DNA of 64,000 nucleotides from a virus (lineage: Duplodnaviria; Heunggongvirae; Uroviricota; Caudoviricetes): positions 22,065 through 86,064 of the IMG/VR virus record IMGVR_UViG_3300013800_000001; one strand, written 5' to 3'. This document shows positions 16,893 to 26,040 of the stretch, in pieces. Numbering within the stretch: position 1 is the first letter of the stretch; the number at the start of each line of letters is the position of its first letter. Below the pieces are notes generated by a model. The model saw only the letters and a list, made by a program, of their open reading frames with translations. It was not told where the DNA came from and did no database searches. The position numbers and the translations under genes were made by a program.

Positions 16893-18419
16893 ATGAAACT
16901 CGTAGAATTCCAAAAAATAGCAGAGATGCTAGCAAAACAGCATAAAATCACAATTCACGAGGGAGAAAAATGGGCAGCTAACATTGAGCAAAGAAAGATA
17001 TTCTATGTAAAAAACGATATCTATAACCTGCCTGAGGATCATATCCTCGGGCTCTTGCTCCATGAGATTGCTCACATCCACTACACAACCGATGTTAAAT
17101 TACCAGAAGAAAACAAAGAATTGCTGCACACAGCCCTAAATATGATCGAAGATATCGCTATCGAACATATAATCGGAGGAGATTATCCTAATGCAGCAGA
17201 AATCCTTAATTCAACAAAAGATGAAGTATTGGACACTCTCGTAAGATTGCTCCCAAAATTAGAACGATCAGTCCATGAAAAAGCCCTTCTCTATGCCGCT
17301 GCTAGATTTGAAGGAAGAGGATACAAAAACGGAATCGAAGATTATGAAGTACTTGGAAACAAAGTAGCAGACATCATGATTCCTAAAAAAGAAGAAATCT
17401 ACAACAGAGAAGAAACAGAAAGTCTCATGCCAATTGTAGACGAAATAGCCAAACTTCTCGTAAAAGAAGCAGGAGAGCCAACAGACAAGGAAAAAGAAGA
17501 AATGATGGGAGAAGAACAGCATGGACAAGCCAATCCGAACGGAAAGGAAAGTCATCAAAAAAAAGCCTGTCACGGAAATCCTGTAAAACAAGAGATAATC
17601 GATGAATTAAAAGCAGGAAATGGCTGGATAAAAGGCATAGCACAAGAACAAAGAATAGAATTCGTCGATGAAATAGCAGAACAATCAGAAAAAATAGGCA
17701 AAGAAATCAGAAATGTCCTAAAAAGAAACAATGCTATGGAATTTGGCGGAAGATATAGAACTGGAAAGCTAAAAACAAAAAGAATCGTTAAAATAGTTGC
17801 ACAAAAAGACAGAAATCCTTTCTCAAGAAGAATTGTCAAAAGCAACCAAAGCTATGCCTTTTCAGTTGTTATCGACGTTTCGGGTTCAATGTTCAATGAC
17901 TACACCGCACCTGGTGAATACGACAAAGGAAGCTATGCCCTATCTAGTATGTATATGCTAGGAGAAGCCCTTAAAAAAGCCTCAATTCAAAGAAGTCTCA
18001 TCATATTCGGAGAAATAGCAGTCAAAATAAATGACATGAACAAAAAAGAAGTAAGATGGGAAGAAATCTGTGATCAAAAGAAACATGATCAAGCAGAATA
18101 TGGAGGAACAGACATCGCCCAAGGAATGGCTAAAGGCATACTAGAACTAGAAAAAACCAGAGCAGAAAGGAAAATACTCATAGTTCTCACAGACGGAAGT
18201 AGCCATAAACCAGACATGGAAAGAGTCCATGAAATAGGAAAAAAAGCAGGAATAGAACAACTAGGAATAACAATATCTCAAAACGACCTACCAATAGAAA
18301 TCATGAATGAAGTCTTCGGAGAAGAAAAAAACACAATCATCAAAGATGTTCAAGACACAAAACTAATTGGTAAGGCATTTATTGATATCCTTAAAAGATC
18401 TGTAAAGAAATCAGTATGA
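16893..18419 (+). CDS. von Willebrand factor A (VWA) domain protein with an N-terminal HExxH motif, partner of the MoxR-like ATPase
   Basis: MIDAS-like VIDVSGSM...TDGS. HEIAH motif near the N-terminus. Classic MoxR-VWA adjacency. Confidence 0.7.
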   Translation: MKLVEFQKIAEMLAKQHKITIHEGEKWAANIEQRKIFYVKNDIYNLPEDHILGLLLHEIAHIHYTTDVKLPEENKELLHTALNMIEDIAIEHIIGGDYPNAAEILNSTKDEVLDTLVRLLPKLERSVHEKALLYAAARFEGRGYKNGIEDYEVLGNKVADIMIPKKEEIYNREETESLMPIVDEIAKLLVKEAGEPTDKEKEEMMGEEQHGQANPNGKESHQKKACHGNPVKQEIIDELKAGNGWIKGIAQEQRIEFVDEIAEQSEKIGKEIRNVLKRNNAMEFGGRYRTGKLKTKRIVKIVAQKDRNPFSRRIVKSNQSYAFSVVIDVSGSMFNDYTAPGEYDKGSYALSSMYMLGEALKKASIQRSLIIFGEIAVKINDMNKKEVRWEEICDQKKHDQAEYGGTDIAQGMAKGILELEKTRAERKILIVLTDGSSHKPDMERVHEIGKKAGIEQLGITISQNDLPIEIMNEVFGEEKNTIIKDVQDTKLIGKAFIDILKRSVKKSV

Positions 18420-18772
18420 AAAACATAGAAAGATTATCCAATCACATCACAAAGAATGGAACTGACGGAATGATGATTCATACAATACCAGGAACAAACA
18501 ATTGGGTAATCTGCCAAAAAATGGAAGAGGATAAATGGATGTTAACTCTTGCAGACCCAATGGGGAATACAACCTACAACCTGGGTACTGTATCAGACAA
18601 AGACCATATTGCACTCTGGGTAGAAATAACCCGCATGGGCATAGAAAACAAAACAAGCCAGATAAAACAGGTCAATGAACTAAAAAGAACCATCCAAAAC
18701 TTCAAAAGAAGAGAATCATATAGGCATAAAAAGCTTATAAAACTAGAAGATAATCCATTAATAAAGCAATAA
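18416..18772 (+). CDS. Hypothetical protein (118 aa)
   Basis: ORF track. Start overlaps the preceding stop. Confidence 0.5.
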   Translation: MKNIERLSNHITKNGTDGMMIHTIPGTNNWVICQKMEEDKWMLTLADPMGNTTYNLGTVSDKDHIALWVEITRMGIENKTSQIKQVNELKRTIQNFKRRESYRHKKLIKLEDNPLIKQ

Positions 18773-18773
18773 T

Positions 18774-19295
18774 ATGCCTAATTGGTGTCTAAACAACCTA
18801 AAAATTGTAGGAGAAGTAAAAGAACTAAAAAAGTTCGAAAAAAAAGTAGATAAAGAAAACTTCTTAGGGAGCTTCATCCCACTTCCAAAAGAATTAGAAG
18901 AAAGACAATCTCCATCAAAAACAACCAATACAGTCAATCCAACAAAAGAAGACCTAAAAGAAAACATTGAGAAAAATAGACTAAAAAAACTATATGGATC
19001 TGATAATTGGTATGATTGGTCAATAAAGAACTGGGGAACAAAATGGGATATGAACGAAGTATGCCGAGATGATGATGAAGAACTAGATGCTTATGAAGAA
19101 GATGAACAAGAAGAAGTACTAGAAATACAATATGCATTCTCTAGCCCATGGTCTCCACCAATAAAAGGACTAGAATCCATATCAAAACTATTTCCAAATC
19201 TCACATTTCATCTAGATTATTCAGAAGATGGAATGGGATACAGAGGAATATCCAGATTCCAAGACGGAAATACAGAAGATTATTGTATAGACTAA
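18774..19295 (+). CDS. Hypothetical protein (173 aa) with an acidic middle segment
   Basis: ORF track. Confidence 0.55.
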   Translation: MPNWCLNNLKIVGEVKELKKFEKKVDKENFLGSFIPLPKELEERQSPSKTTNTVNPTKEDLKENIEKNRLKKLYGSDNWYDWSIKNWGTKWDMNEVCRDDDEELDAYEEDEQEEVLEIQYAFSSPWSPPIKGLESISKLFPNLTFHLDYSEDGMGYRGISRFQDGNTEDYCID

Positions 19296-19315
19296 AAAAA
19301 CTAAATAGAAAAGAA

Positions 19316-19347
19316 TTAACCCTGCCTACAAGCAGGGTTTTTTTATT
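19316..19347 (+). terminator. Rho-independent terminator ending the plus-strand early block
   Basis: AACCCTGC-ctacaa-GCAGGGTT followed by TTTTTTATT. Confidence 0.65.
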
Positions 19348-19557
19348 GCCCTAAGAAATATAAAGAAACAATCAGTTTTTCTCAATATCCGCCCGAAAAA
19401 AAAGGCGCTCTCACCAAACTATGCGCTTTTTTAGGTTCGTACAACTTACAACCCTCGGAGCTATCTCACAGATATTTTTATAAAAATAAAACAGACCTAA
19501 ATATTTCAGGCCTGCATATTCTCAAAATGACTTTTTTTTCAAAAAAACAAAAGTGCT

Positions 19558-21294
19558 TTATTTCTGCCAGTAATTATTCTCAGATCCTGAATCGCTTGAC
19601 GAATCAGCAGTGTTCTTTGATGCGTCATAGTAATATCTACCGAAAACAAAATCAAAAGTAGCATTAACAGAAATACCCGTCTTACGGTTCTTAACTAACC
19701 AAAGTTTTGCTTGGTTTGTAGGAAGACCATAATCATCTTTTTCTCTCCCAATAAAAAACACTGTATCTGCCTCCTGCGCAATTCCTAAAGAATCTCTAAT
19801 ATCATTCAAATCTGGGTTTTTTGAAGCAGTTTTTCGTACATGAACTGGAAGCATGATAATCAAGCCATGCTTTACGGCTAGTTTTTTCAAAGCTCGAACA
19901 GTATGTGTCACAGAATCAGCTGCGTTAGAGTAATTTCCCTTTGGAGCTCTCAAGAAACCTAAATGATCAATACAAACGACTTTTATTCCCCATTTCAAAA
20001 TGGCCTTTTCAATCACCTGAATCACCCACTCGATATCACCCGTCTCATTGAATCGTGGCATGTATACAGGCGTGTTCAAATCAGCCCCCATTCCCATAAA
20101 CTTCTGCCAAAGCGGTTTTGCCAGAACTTCGTAAGAAAACCACAAAGAGGGCAGTTTTTCATATTGTTCTTGGTTTCCGGTTGAAAGAGTCACTGACCAA
20201 TCTTGAATCAGGGTTGTTTTTCCATGTCCGGATTGACCCGCCACAACGATAAGCTCACCGGCGGAAAAACCGCCTAACAAAGCATCATCAAAAGGCAACA
20301 TTCCTAAAGAATATGTATGATCCGAATCAATAGTTTGCAACTGAGCTACTTCTGACGCGTGAAGCGTTTCTTGTGAATCTTCAGCCTTTTCTTCTTCATC
20401 GTCGCTCAGAGAATCATTGTATTTTCTAGGCGCACTTGAATCGATAGGTGGTTTTTCTGGAGCTGGTCCCCAAGTTTTTGTAGATTGACCTCCCGTAAAA
20501 GTCCTTCCATTTGGATTTTGCGTTTGTTCTCGCTCACTTATCGAATTCCAAATAACTCGTAATTCATAAGAACTCAACGGCGGAATATTTTTTTGGTTAG
20601 CATTCTCAAACATCTGCCAGCCGATTGTCCCCCAAAGACTCGGATGCAGTTTCGCATGAACTTTTCCAGCAAATTTTGTCATCGAATCGTTACGACCACC
20701 TTCACCAACTCCATCATATTCCAAACCGTCTCCATCAACCTTCGGATAAATACTTGTTTCAACAGCAGTCGCAGACCACGGTAGAATATCGCTAGGGCTC
20801 ATTTTTGGTGCCTGGAAGAGTTTTTTCGTAGCATCTGGCATCTGCATATTACTCGCCTCGTAAATCACGCTGTAAGACCCTTTTTGTGTTTTGGAAAAAG
20901 GCGCCACAACATACCCACCTTCTGACCGAACATCGACGCTTGGAAGTATACGAACGGCGTTTTTGAAATCTTTATCGTATTGGAAATAGTAATGTCTACC
21001 GCCTCCACCAGTCGCTACAGTAAAAGTTTTATCTTTGATAAGGGAAAAATCGCCATCTGACTCAACATCAATGACCGTCAAATTAGAAATAGCTCCAGTC
21101 ACAATACCAATCTGGGCATCAGGATAAATCGTCCACCAATTCACCAATTCTTCAGGAGTGGCCTTTCTAGATTGAAATTCTTTCCAAGAAATCAAAGGTC
21201 GCTTATCAAGCCCAACAGGAATCACTGAATAACCCTTCAGCAACAGAAACGTCATGGCGATATTTAGCATTGATGTGTCTTTTTTTTCGCTCAT
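19558..21294 (-). CDS. Bifunctional primase-polymerase (Prim-Pol N-terminus) fused to a DnaB/RecA-fold replicative helicase
   Basis: N-terminal Prim-Pol-like segment (LLKGYSVIPVGLDKRPLISWKEF...VIDVESDGD). C-terminal Walker A GQSGHGKTTL and helicase C-terminal-like region. Confidence 0.75.
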   Translation of the reverse strand: MSEKKDTSMLNIAMTFLLLKGYSVIPVGLDKRPLISWKEFQSRKATPEELVNWWTIYPDAQIGIVTGAISNLTVIDVESDGDFSLIKDKTFTVATGGGGRHYYFQYDKDFKNAVRILPSVDVRSEGGYVVAPFSKTQKGSYSVIYEASNMQMPDATKKLFQAPKMSPSDILPWSATAVETSIYPKVDGDGLEYDGVGEGGRNDSMTKFAGKVHAKLHPSLWGTIGWQMFENANQKNIPPLSSYELRVIWNSISEREQTQNPNGRTFTGGQSTKTWGPAPEKPPIDSSAPRKYNDSLSDDEEEKAEDSQETLHASEVAQLQTIDSDHTYSLGMLPFDDALLGGFSAGELIVVAGQSGHGKTTLIQDWSVTLSTGNQEQYEKLPSLWFSYEVLAKPLWQKFMGMGADLNTPVYMPRFNETGDIEWVIQVIEKAILKWGIKVVCIDHLGFLRAPKGNYSNAADSVTHTVRALKKLAVKHGLIIMLPVHVRKTASKNPDLNDIRDSLGIAQEADTVFFIGREKDDYGLPTNQAKLWLVKNRKTGISVNATFDFVFGRYYYDASKNTADSSSDSGSENNYWQK

Positions 21295-21998
21295 ACGCTT
21301 GTTTTTTCAGCTCTTTTATCAACATCCTCAAATCTCACCAACTTGCAATATCCTAATAATCGGGAAGCAATTCGTTCACCAAAATGTGCCTTAAAATCCT
21401 CTGGTTTTACGTTTGTAGTAAGCAAAAACGGCATATAAGAGTTAAGTCTTTTTTCTAGAAATATCATAAACTTATCAATTTCAAAGTCAGTTAATTTCGT
21501 AGAAGACAAATCATCTAAAAATAACATTCCGTCGTACATTCCTGAACCATTCGTAATTTTGTCCCACGTAGAACTCATTTCTTCAAAAGCATTTCCACTG
21601 GAAAACTCTGTCCTTAGGTTTGAAACGACCTCTGGGTAACTAGCCATATAAGCCACCATCTCTGGGTTTTGCTCGATCAAAAATCTCATAACCGCATATC
21701 CAGCATGTGTTTTACCGCTACCTGCTGGGCCATAAAATATCAATCCAACAATCTTGTTTTTATCAGGTGAAGCAAAAACATCAGCCAAACCCTCGGTGAT
21801 ATTTTTTGTTACATACCCAAGCTCGCTCATCGTGGCATCAGCAAAACGCTCAGGTATCCTGGATTGAACCAGCTCCCGTTTCTTATCCCAAATACCATCA
21901 ACAACCGCTGTGCATAATTCAATCGGTCGTCCTGGATTGTCACGAAACATACGTTCAATCCTCTGGTCTCGTGTTTCAAATAAATAAGATGATGCCAT
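21291..21998 (-). CDS. DnaC/IstB-like AAA+ helicase loader
   Basis: Walker A FYGPAGSGKTH. Walker B MLFLDDL. The size and adjacency to the helicase fit DnaC. Confidence 0.7.
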   Translation of the reverse strand: MASSYLFETRDQRIERMFRDNPGRPIELCTAVVDGIWDKKRELVQSRIPERFADATMSELGYVTKNITEGLADVFASPDKNKIVGLIFYGPAGSGKTHAGYAVMRFLIEQNPEMVAYMASYPEVVSNLRTEFSSGNAFEEMSSTWDKITNGSGMYDGMLFLDDLSSTKLTDFEIDKFMIFLEKRLNSYMPFLLTTNVKPEDFKAHFGERIASRLLGYCKLVRFEDVDKRAEKTSV

Positions 21999-22004
21999 AT
22001 ATTT

Positions 22005-23099
22005 TTATTCTTGATTTTTCAATGCTTCTTGTTCTTTTTCCCATTCTTGCTTAGCAATTCTTGACTCTTCCTCCGCTTTGTCGATGATCGCCTGATATTG
22101 CTTATCTCGAACATCTGACTCTTCCTGGGTGCTGATAGATTTCTGGGCATACAAACCGCCTGACGATTTGGATACGTAGGCTTCAACCTTCGCCAGTTTG
22201 AAAGTGCAGAACTCATACACCGTTCCAACACTCGGTCGGTATGGGTCAGTTTTTCCAGCGTCGTATTTTTGAATCAGAATATTTAACTCTGCAAGTGAAT
22301 ATCTCTCCAGGAGGGCATCGACTGCTTCACGGGTCGGTTTGCGAGCATACGGGTTACTTTTCTTACTAGCAAAATCACCTGGGAATATTTCTTTGAATAA
22401 TCCGATAGCCGCATTTGTAACATTGCCAGTTTTGTCTTCTTCAACCAAAAGGGTAAACTCTTCATCAGTTTTCTTTTTCTTATCGTTTTTTTTACCCGAA
22501 GGGTAAACACTACTGCTATTGTCTACTGCTATGTCTACTGCTACTGTCTTATTAGATGGTTCTATTGTGGGACTCAGATGGTTCATATTCGGGACACTGA
22601 TGTCTGGATTGTGAACCATCTCTGTCCCATTTTTGACACTTCTGGATGGTTCACTTTTGACACTTCTAATTGGATGGTTCACTTTTGACACTTCTCTATC
22701 CTTTTTATCGCTAGAGAGATGTGTCATATTTGAGTCATCTGTATCCACTGAATCGGTAGAGAGATGTGTCATATTTGAGTCATCACTCGACTTCTTATTA
22801 AACCTTTTTTTAGCTTTCGTAATTACGATACAGCTACCGTATGGAGTGCGAAGTGTGGTGATGTACCCCCCAGATTTTAGAGTCTCTAGCCAACGGAAAT
22901 ATGTTGAACGTGAAATGCCTAAATCCTCTTTTACGTCCTCATATTTGATTGGCTTACCCCCCAAAACCTTCCCTTTTTCACTTGTAATTGTAGTGACTTT
23001 ATCTATGAACCACATAAAAAGCCAAACAGCATCGCCCATCTGCTTGCAATGTCTTGAATCTAAAAGATTGTTTGATACTTCAATATAGAATCCTTTCAT
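22005..23099 (-). CDS. Replication initiator / replisome organiser (N-terminal winged-helix, DnaD-like C-terminus) with internal iteron-like repeats
   Basis: N-terminal HTH-like region. Repeated peptides DDSNMTHLS. It sits upstream of the loader and helicase, like lambda O-P or DnaD-DnaC arrangements. Confidence 0.6.
   Translation of the reverse strand: MKGFYIEVSNNLLDSRHCKQMGDAVWLFMWFIDKVTTITSEKGKVLGGKPIKYEDVKEDLGISRSTYFRWLETLKSGGYITTLRTPYGSCIVITKAKKRFNKKSSDDSNMTHLSTDSVDTDDSNMTHLSSDKKDREVSKVNHPIRSVKSEPSRSVKNGTEMVHNPDISVPNMNHLSPTIEPSNKTVAVDIAVDNSSSVYPSGKKNDKKKKTDEEFTLLVEEDKTGNVTNAAIGLFKEIFPGDFASKKSNPYARKPTREAVDALLERYSLAELNILIQKYDAGKTDPYRPSVGTVYEFCTFKLAKVEAYVSKSSGGLYAQKSISTQEESDVRDKQYQAIIDKAEEESRIAKQEWEKEQEALKNQE
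22515..22790. repeat. Iteron-like tandem direct repeats inside the initiator gene (candidate origin of replication)
   Basis: TCTACTGCTA(T)G x3. TGGATGGTTCACTTTTGACACTTCT x2 plus a partial copy and an inverted GTGAACCATC. TAGAGAGATGTGTCATATTTGAGTCATC x2. Confidence 0.55.
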
Positions 23100-23252
23100 A
23101 TCATTTTTATTTTCATAAACAAAAGAGATCAGGGGACAACTCCTGGCCTACGACAGCCAAAAATCCCCTAATCTCTTATATTGATGAAACCTAAATTTTG
23201 TCGTAGTTTGGAGCATATTTTTTCATATTATCTTGAACACGTAACAAATAAG

Positions 23253-23282
23253 ATGTTACATGATTATTTTCTATTTGTCAAG
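23253..23282 (-). promoter_or_regulatory. Variant conserved promoter (TTGACA-N17-TAACAT) driving the minus-strand replication operon
   Basis: Reverse complement is cTTGACAaatagaaaataatcatgTAACAT, about 150 nt upstream of the initiator gene. Confidence 0.55.
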
Positions 23283-23308
23283 AGTCTGAAAAAACCGCTT
23301 TTATGAGC

Positions 23309-23605
23309 CTAATATCGGTTCATTGATGATGTCGGATTTTGAAACATATTCACAACCTCGCTCTTTAGAGACTGTAGGTTTGAAATAAACAGTTTTGGCT
23401 CTACAGAGAGCAAAGACTGGTTGTATTGGTTACGTGTATCACGCAATTCTTGAGTATCTTCGAACTTGAAATAGCCGATTGGTTTTGGCTTAATACCCTC
23501 TACTTGATAGTCTACTCCTAAGAGTGGAAAATGTAATGTCACCAGCGTGGATGCTAGATATAAATCTCTTGTTGAAAACACGGGAGCCTCGTTTTTTGGG
23601 TCCAT
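23309..23605 (-). CDS. Hypothetical protein (98 aa)
   Basis: ORF track. It lies upstream of the replication-operon promoter, so it needs its own promoter. Confidence 0.35.
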   Translation of the reverse strand: MDPKNEAPVFSTRDLYLASTLVTLHFPLLGVDYQVEGIKPKPIGYFKFEDTQELRDTRNQYNQSLLSVEPKLFISNLQSLKSEVVNMFQNPTSSMNRY

Positions 23606-23695
23606 ATAATTTCTCTTATAATATTTTTTAATGGCTATACCAAGCGGTATGCTTGTCTAAATATATATGAGTACCAGCTTTGGCGCTATTGGGGA

Positions 23696-23725
23696 CTTGA
23701 CAAATGGAAAATCATCATATACACT
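23696..23725 (+). promoter_or_regulatory. Conserved promoter (TTGACA-N17-TACACT), first of a tandem pair
   Basis: cTTGACAaatggaaaatcatcataTACACT. Confidence 0.6.
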
Positions 23726-23742
23726 GTAGATACAAATAGGTA

Positions 23743-23772
23743 CTTGACAAATAGAAAATATGGGTGTACGAT
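23743..23772 (+). promoter_or_regulatory. Variant conserved promoter (TTGACA-N17-TACGAT), second of the tandem pair
   Basis: cTTGACAaatagaaaatatgggtgTACGAT, about 30 nt upstream of the sigma region-4 gene. Confidence 0.55.
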
Positions 23773-23803
23773 AGATAGGCAAGTTAAGATGTAAGTATTA
23801 TGT

Positions 23804-24031
23804 ATGTTTCCAATTAAGATAAAGATAGAGGCCGAAAAGGTAGAAAAGGCCTTTAGAGAGCGAAAAGAAATGCTCACGGAAAAAGAAATTGAGGTTATTA
23901 CCCGTTTCTATGGTATAGACGATCGTGTACGACACACACTTGAAGAAATAGCAGCCATGTACCAGGTGACTCGTGAACGAATCCGTCAAATAAAATCGGG
24001 AGCATTGAAAAAGCTCGAAGTCAAGAAGTAA
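23804..24031 (+). CDS. Free-standing sigma-70 (RpoD) region-4 domain protein (75 aa)
   Basis: LTEKEIEVITRFYGIDDRVRHTLEEIAAMYQVTRERIRQIKSGALKKL lines up almost residue-for-residue with sigma-70 region 4.2 (RFGI...TLEEVG...VTRERIRQIEAKALRKL). Confidence 0.8.
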   Translation: MFPIKIKIEAEKVEKAFRERKEMLTEKEIEVITRFYGIDDRVRHTLEEIAAMYQVTRERIRQIKSGALKKLEVKK

Positions 24032-24057
24032 AAAACTCGAATTAACTACGACACATT

Positions 24058-24624
24058 ATGAACGATATCAACCTCACGCCAATTTTGATGAACAAAATGA
24101 AGAGTTATCCTCGCAAAAGAGGGCGTTATAACTCATCAGAACTGTATTTCATCAATAATGGCGATGTTACACCAGAAGAATGGCTTAATCCTAAGGAAAA
24201 AAGCCCTGAAGAAGTAATGAAAATGTGGAACGGTATCGGTGTACATAACCAGCTTGAGGATTTACTCGGCAGGCGTTTTTCGGAGCGCAAAAAAGAGGTG
24301 GTATACCGTGGGATTGTGCTTGTAGGAAAGGCAGATTATGAGCCAGCGCAATATCCAGATGAAGTATGGGAATTTAAGAGCTCTACTAGAAAGATGTCAG
24401 AACCGAAAGAATGGCATAAACACCAGACAAAGCTGTACACGACAATGTTTGATAAGAAAATAGGGAGAGTGTTTCAACCAGTTAAAAATAAGGATGGAAT
24501 GTATTTGAAAAATCTCGGAACGGTCGAACGAGATGACAGATGGTTTGAAGAAGAAATGGAGAAGTTATACCAGTTTCACCTGAAAGTTGAGAAACTTTGG
24601 GAGGAGAAGTTAAAAGAAACTTAG
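24058..24624 (+). CDS. PD-(D/E)xK nuclease-fold protein (putative)
   Basis: Core motif VLVGKADY ... EVWEFK (D ... ExK). Confidence 0.45.
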   Translation: MNDINLTPILMNKMKSYPRKRGRYNSSELYFINNGDVTPEEWLNPKEKSPEEVMKMWNGIGVHNQLEDLLGRRFSERKKEVVYRGIVLVGKADYEPAQYPDEVWEFKSSTRKMSEPKEWHKHQTKLYTTMFDKKIGRVFQPVKNKDGMYLKNLGTVERDDRWFEEEMEKLYQFHLKVEKLWEEKLKET

Positions 24625-24662
24625 AAAGTCAGAAAATATTAAATCGTTTAGCATAAAACTAT

Positions 24663-25091
24663 ATGAATAAGAACAAAGAAAAGGGAATCCGCAGACAGAC
24701 TCTAAAAGACAAGATTATCTTGCTTTTAACAGAGCGAAAAGACTTAACTCGCTTTGATCTAGCAGAAATGCTCAATAAAACACCATTGGAGGTTTCTATT
24801 GCGATTTCTTCACTGAGAAAAGATGGCTTCAAGATTTGGCCGTCAAAAGGTCCTGGAACTCCATATAAGATAGCTCGGTCAGCAAATGACGCTATAAAAT
24901 ACATCGCATGGCGCCGAACACGCTTCTTGGATGTATCACGTCGCATGATTATGACTGAATCAGAACTAGGAGAACAATTCAAAGAACTCGCAAAAAGCCA
25001 CGATGAACTCCTTAAACTCCTAGCACAAAATGATTATGAATTACCAGAAAGCACTCCTAAAAGACTTAAAACAGGACAAAAGTCAGCCTAG
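24663..25091 (+). CDS. Winged-helix DNA-binding protein (putative regulator)
   Basis: HTH-like segment FDLAEMLNKTPLEVSIAISSLRKDG. Confidence 0.45.
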   Translation: MNKNKEKGIRRQTLKDKIILLLTERKDLTRFDLAEMLNKTPLEVSIAISSLRKDGFKIWPSKGPGTPYKIARSANDAIKYIAWRRTRFLDVSRRMIMTESELGEQFKELAKSHDELLKLLAQNDYELPESTPKRLKTGQKSA

Positions 25092-26034
25092 ACAGTATTT
25101 TGATGACGAAGCCATCGCTAGAATGGCTGTATCAATCAAAAATGAGGGTGTCATCAATCCTATTGAGGTAGATGAGGACATGGTTATCATAACAGGAGAA
25201 AGACGTTATAGAGCATCAAAATTGGCAGGATTAACAGAAGTACCGATTAAAATCCTGCCTAAGATGTCTTATAAAGACCGATTTATCCGCCAGGTGCAGG
25301 AAAATATTCACCAGAATACTATGAGCACTTGGGACACAGCTAAAGCGTTCAAGAAAGTAATTGATCTTCTTGTTGCAGATGATCCGAGTATTCAGCCCAC
25401 GCGTAAGTCTGGGAATCCAAAGCAAGGTTACTTTTCTACAGGAGTAAAAGAACTAAATGAATTGTTTGGAATTAGTAAGAGATATATCGAAGAGCTCCTC
25501 GGGCTTATCGGAGAGACGAGTAAAATGAAAAAACTTCTCGATGAAGGTGCTAACACCCATTCTGCCAAAGTTGTCTTACTCCAAAGAGAAAAGGGTAAAA
25601 TGCCTCCTGAATACGAAAATGATATTCGAAACCTGGTTCTGAATCAAAAGGATTTGCCACGGGATGGACTTGGACACATCATTTACGGAGTCAAAAGGGC
25701 TTACAGGTATGGAGAGCATAATGCTATTAGAGAGCTTCTAAGCAAGGACTTTAATGGATTGACAGGAAAGCAAGTGCTTAAAATAGTGGAAAGCCTTATC
25801 CCTAGCGAAGAAAACCGTATTAAAGGCCCAGCCGATGCAGTAGATAATATCTCTAATAAAGTATCAGAACTAGTAGATTTGCTAGACAAATATCCGTTTG
25901 ATGGATTTGATCAATATCACAAACCATTAGCTGGAAGAAGTTTGATGTCACTAGGCCTGTATCTACAGGGGTATCTAAAGGAAATGGACATGTCAGATAT
26001 GCCGAATAAAGATAAGTCGAAACTCTTAAAATAA
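25030..26034 (+). CDS. ParB-like nuclease domain (ParB/Srx N-terminus plus HTH) protein. The start may instead be the Met at 25123.
   Basis: GVINPIEV...IITGERRYRASKLAGL...VP matches the ParB N-terminal domain. The track start overlaps the previous ORF by 62 nt. Confidence 0.65.
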   Translation: MIMNYQKALLKDLKQDKSQPRQYFDDEAIARMAVSIKNEGVINPIEVDEDMVIITGERRYRASKLAGLTEVPIKILPKMSYKDRFIRQVQENIHQNTMSTWDTAKAFKKVIDLLVADDPSIQPTRKSGNPKQGYFSTGVKELNELFGISKRYIEELLGLIGETSKMKKLLDEGANTHSAKVVLLQREKGKMPPEYENDIRNLVLNQKDLPRDGLGHIIYGVKRAYRYGEHNAIRELLSKDFNGLTGKQVLKIVESLIPSEENRIKGPADAVDNISNKVSELVDLLDKYPFDGFDQYHKPLAGRSLMSLGLYLQGYLKEMDMSDMPNKDKSKLLK

Positions 26035-26040
26035 AACTTT

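Noticed and set aside
22500-22800. Possible CRISPR array suggested by the tandem repeats
   Set aside because: The repeats are of three different types, are not separated by unique spacers of regular length, and lie inside an intact ORF. They fit iterons or a repetitive linker, not CRISPR.
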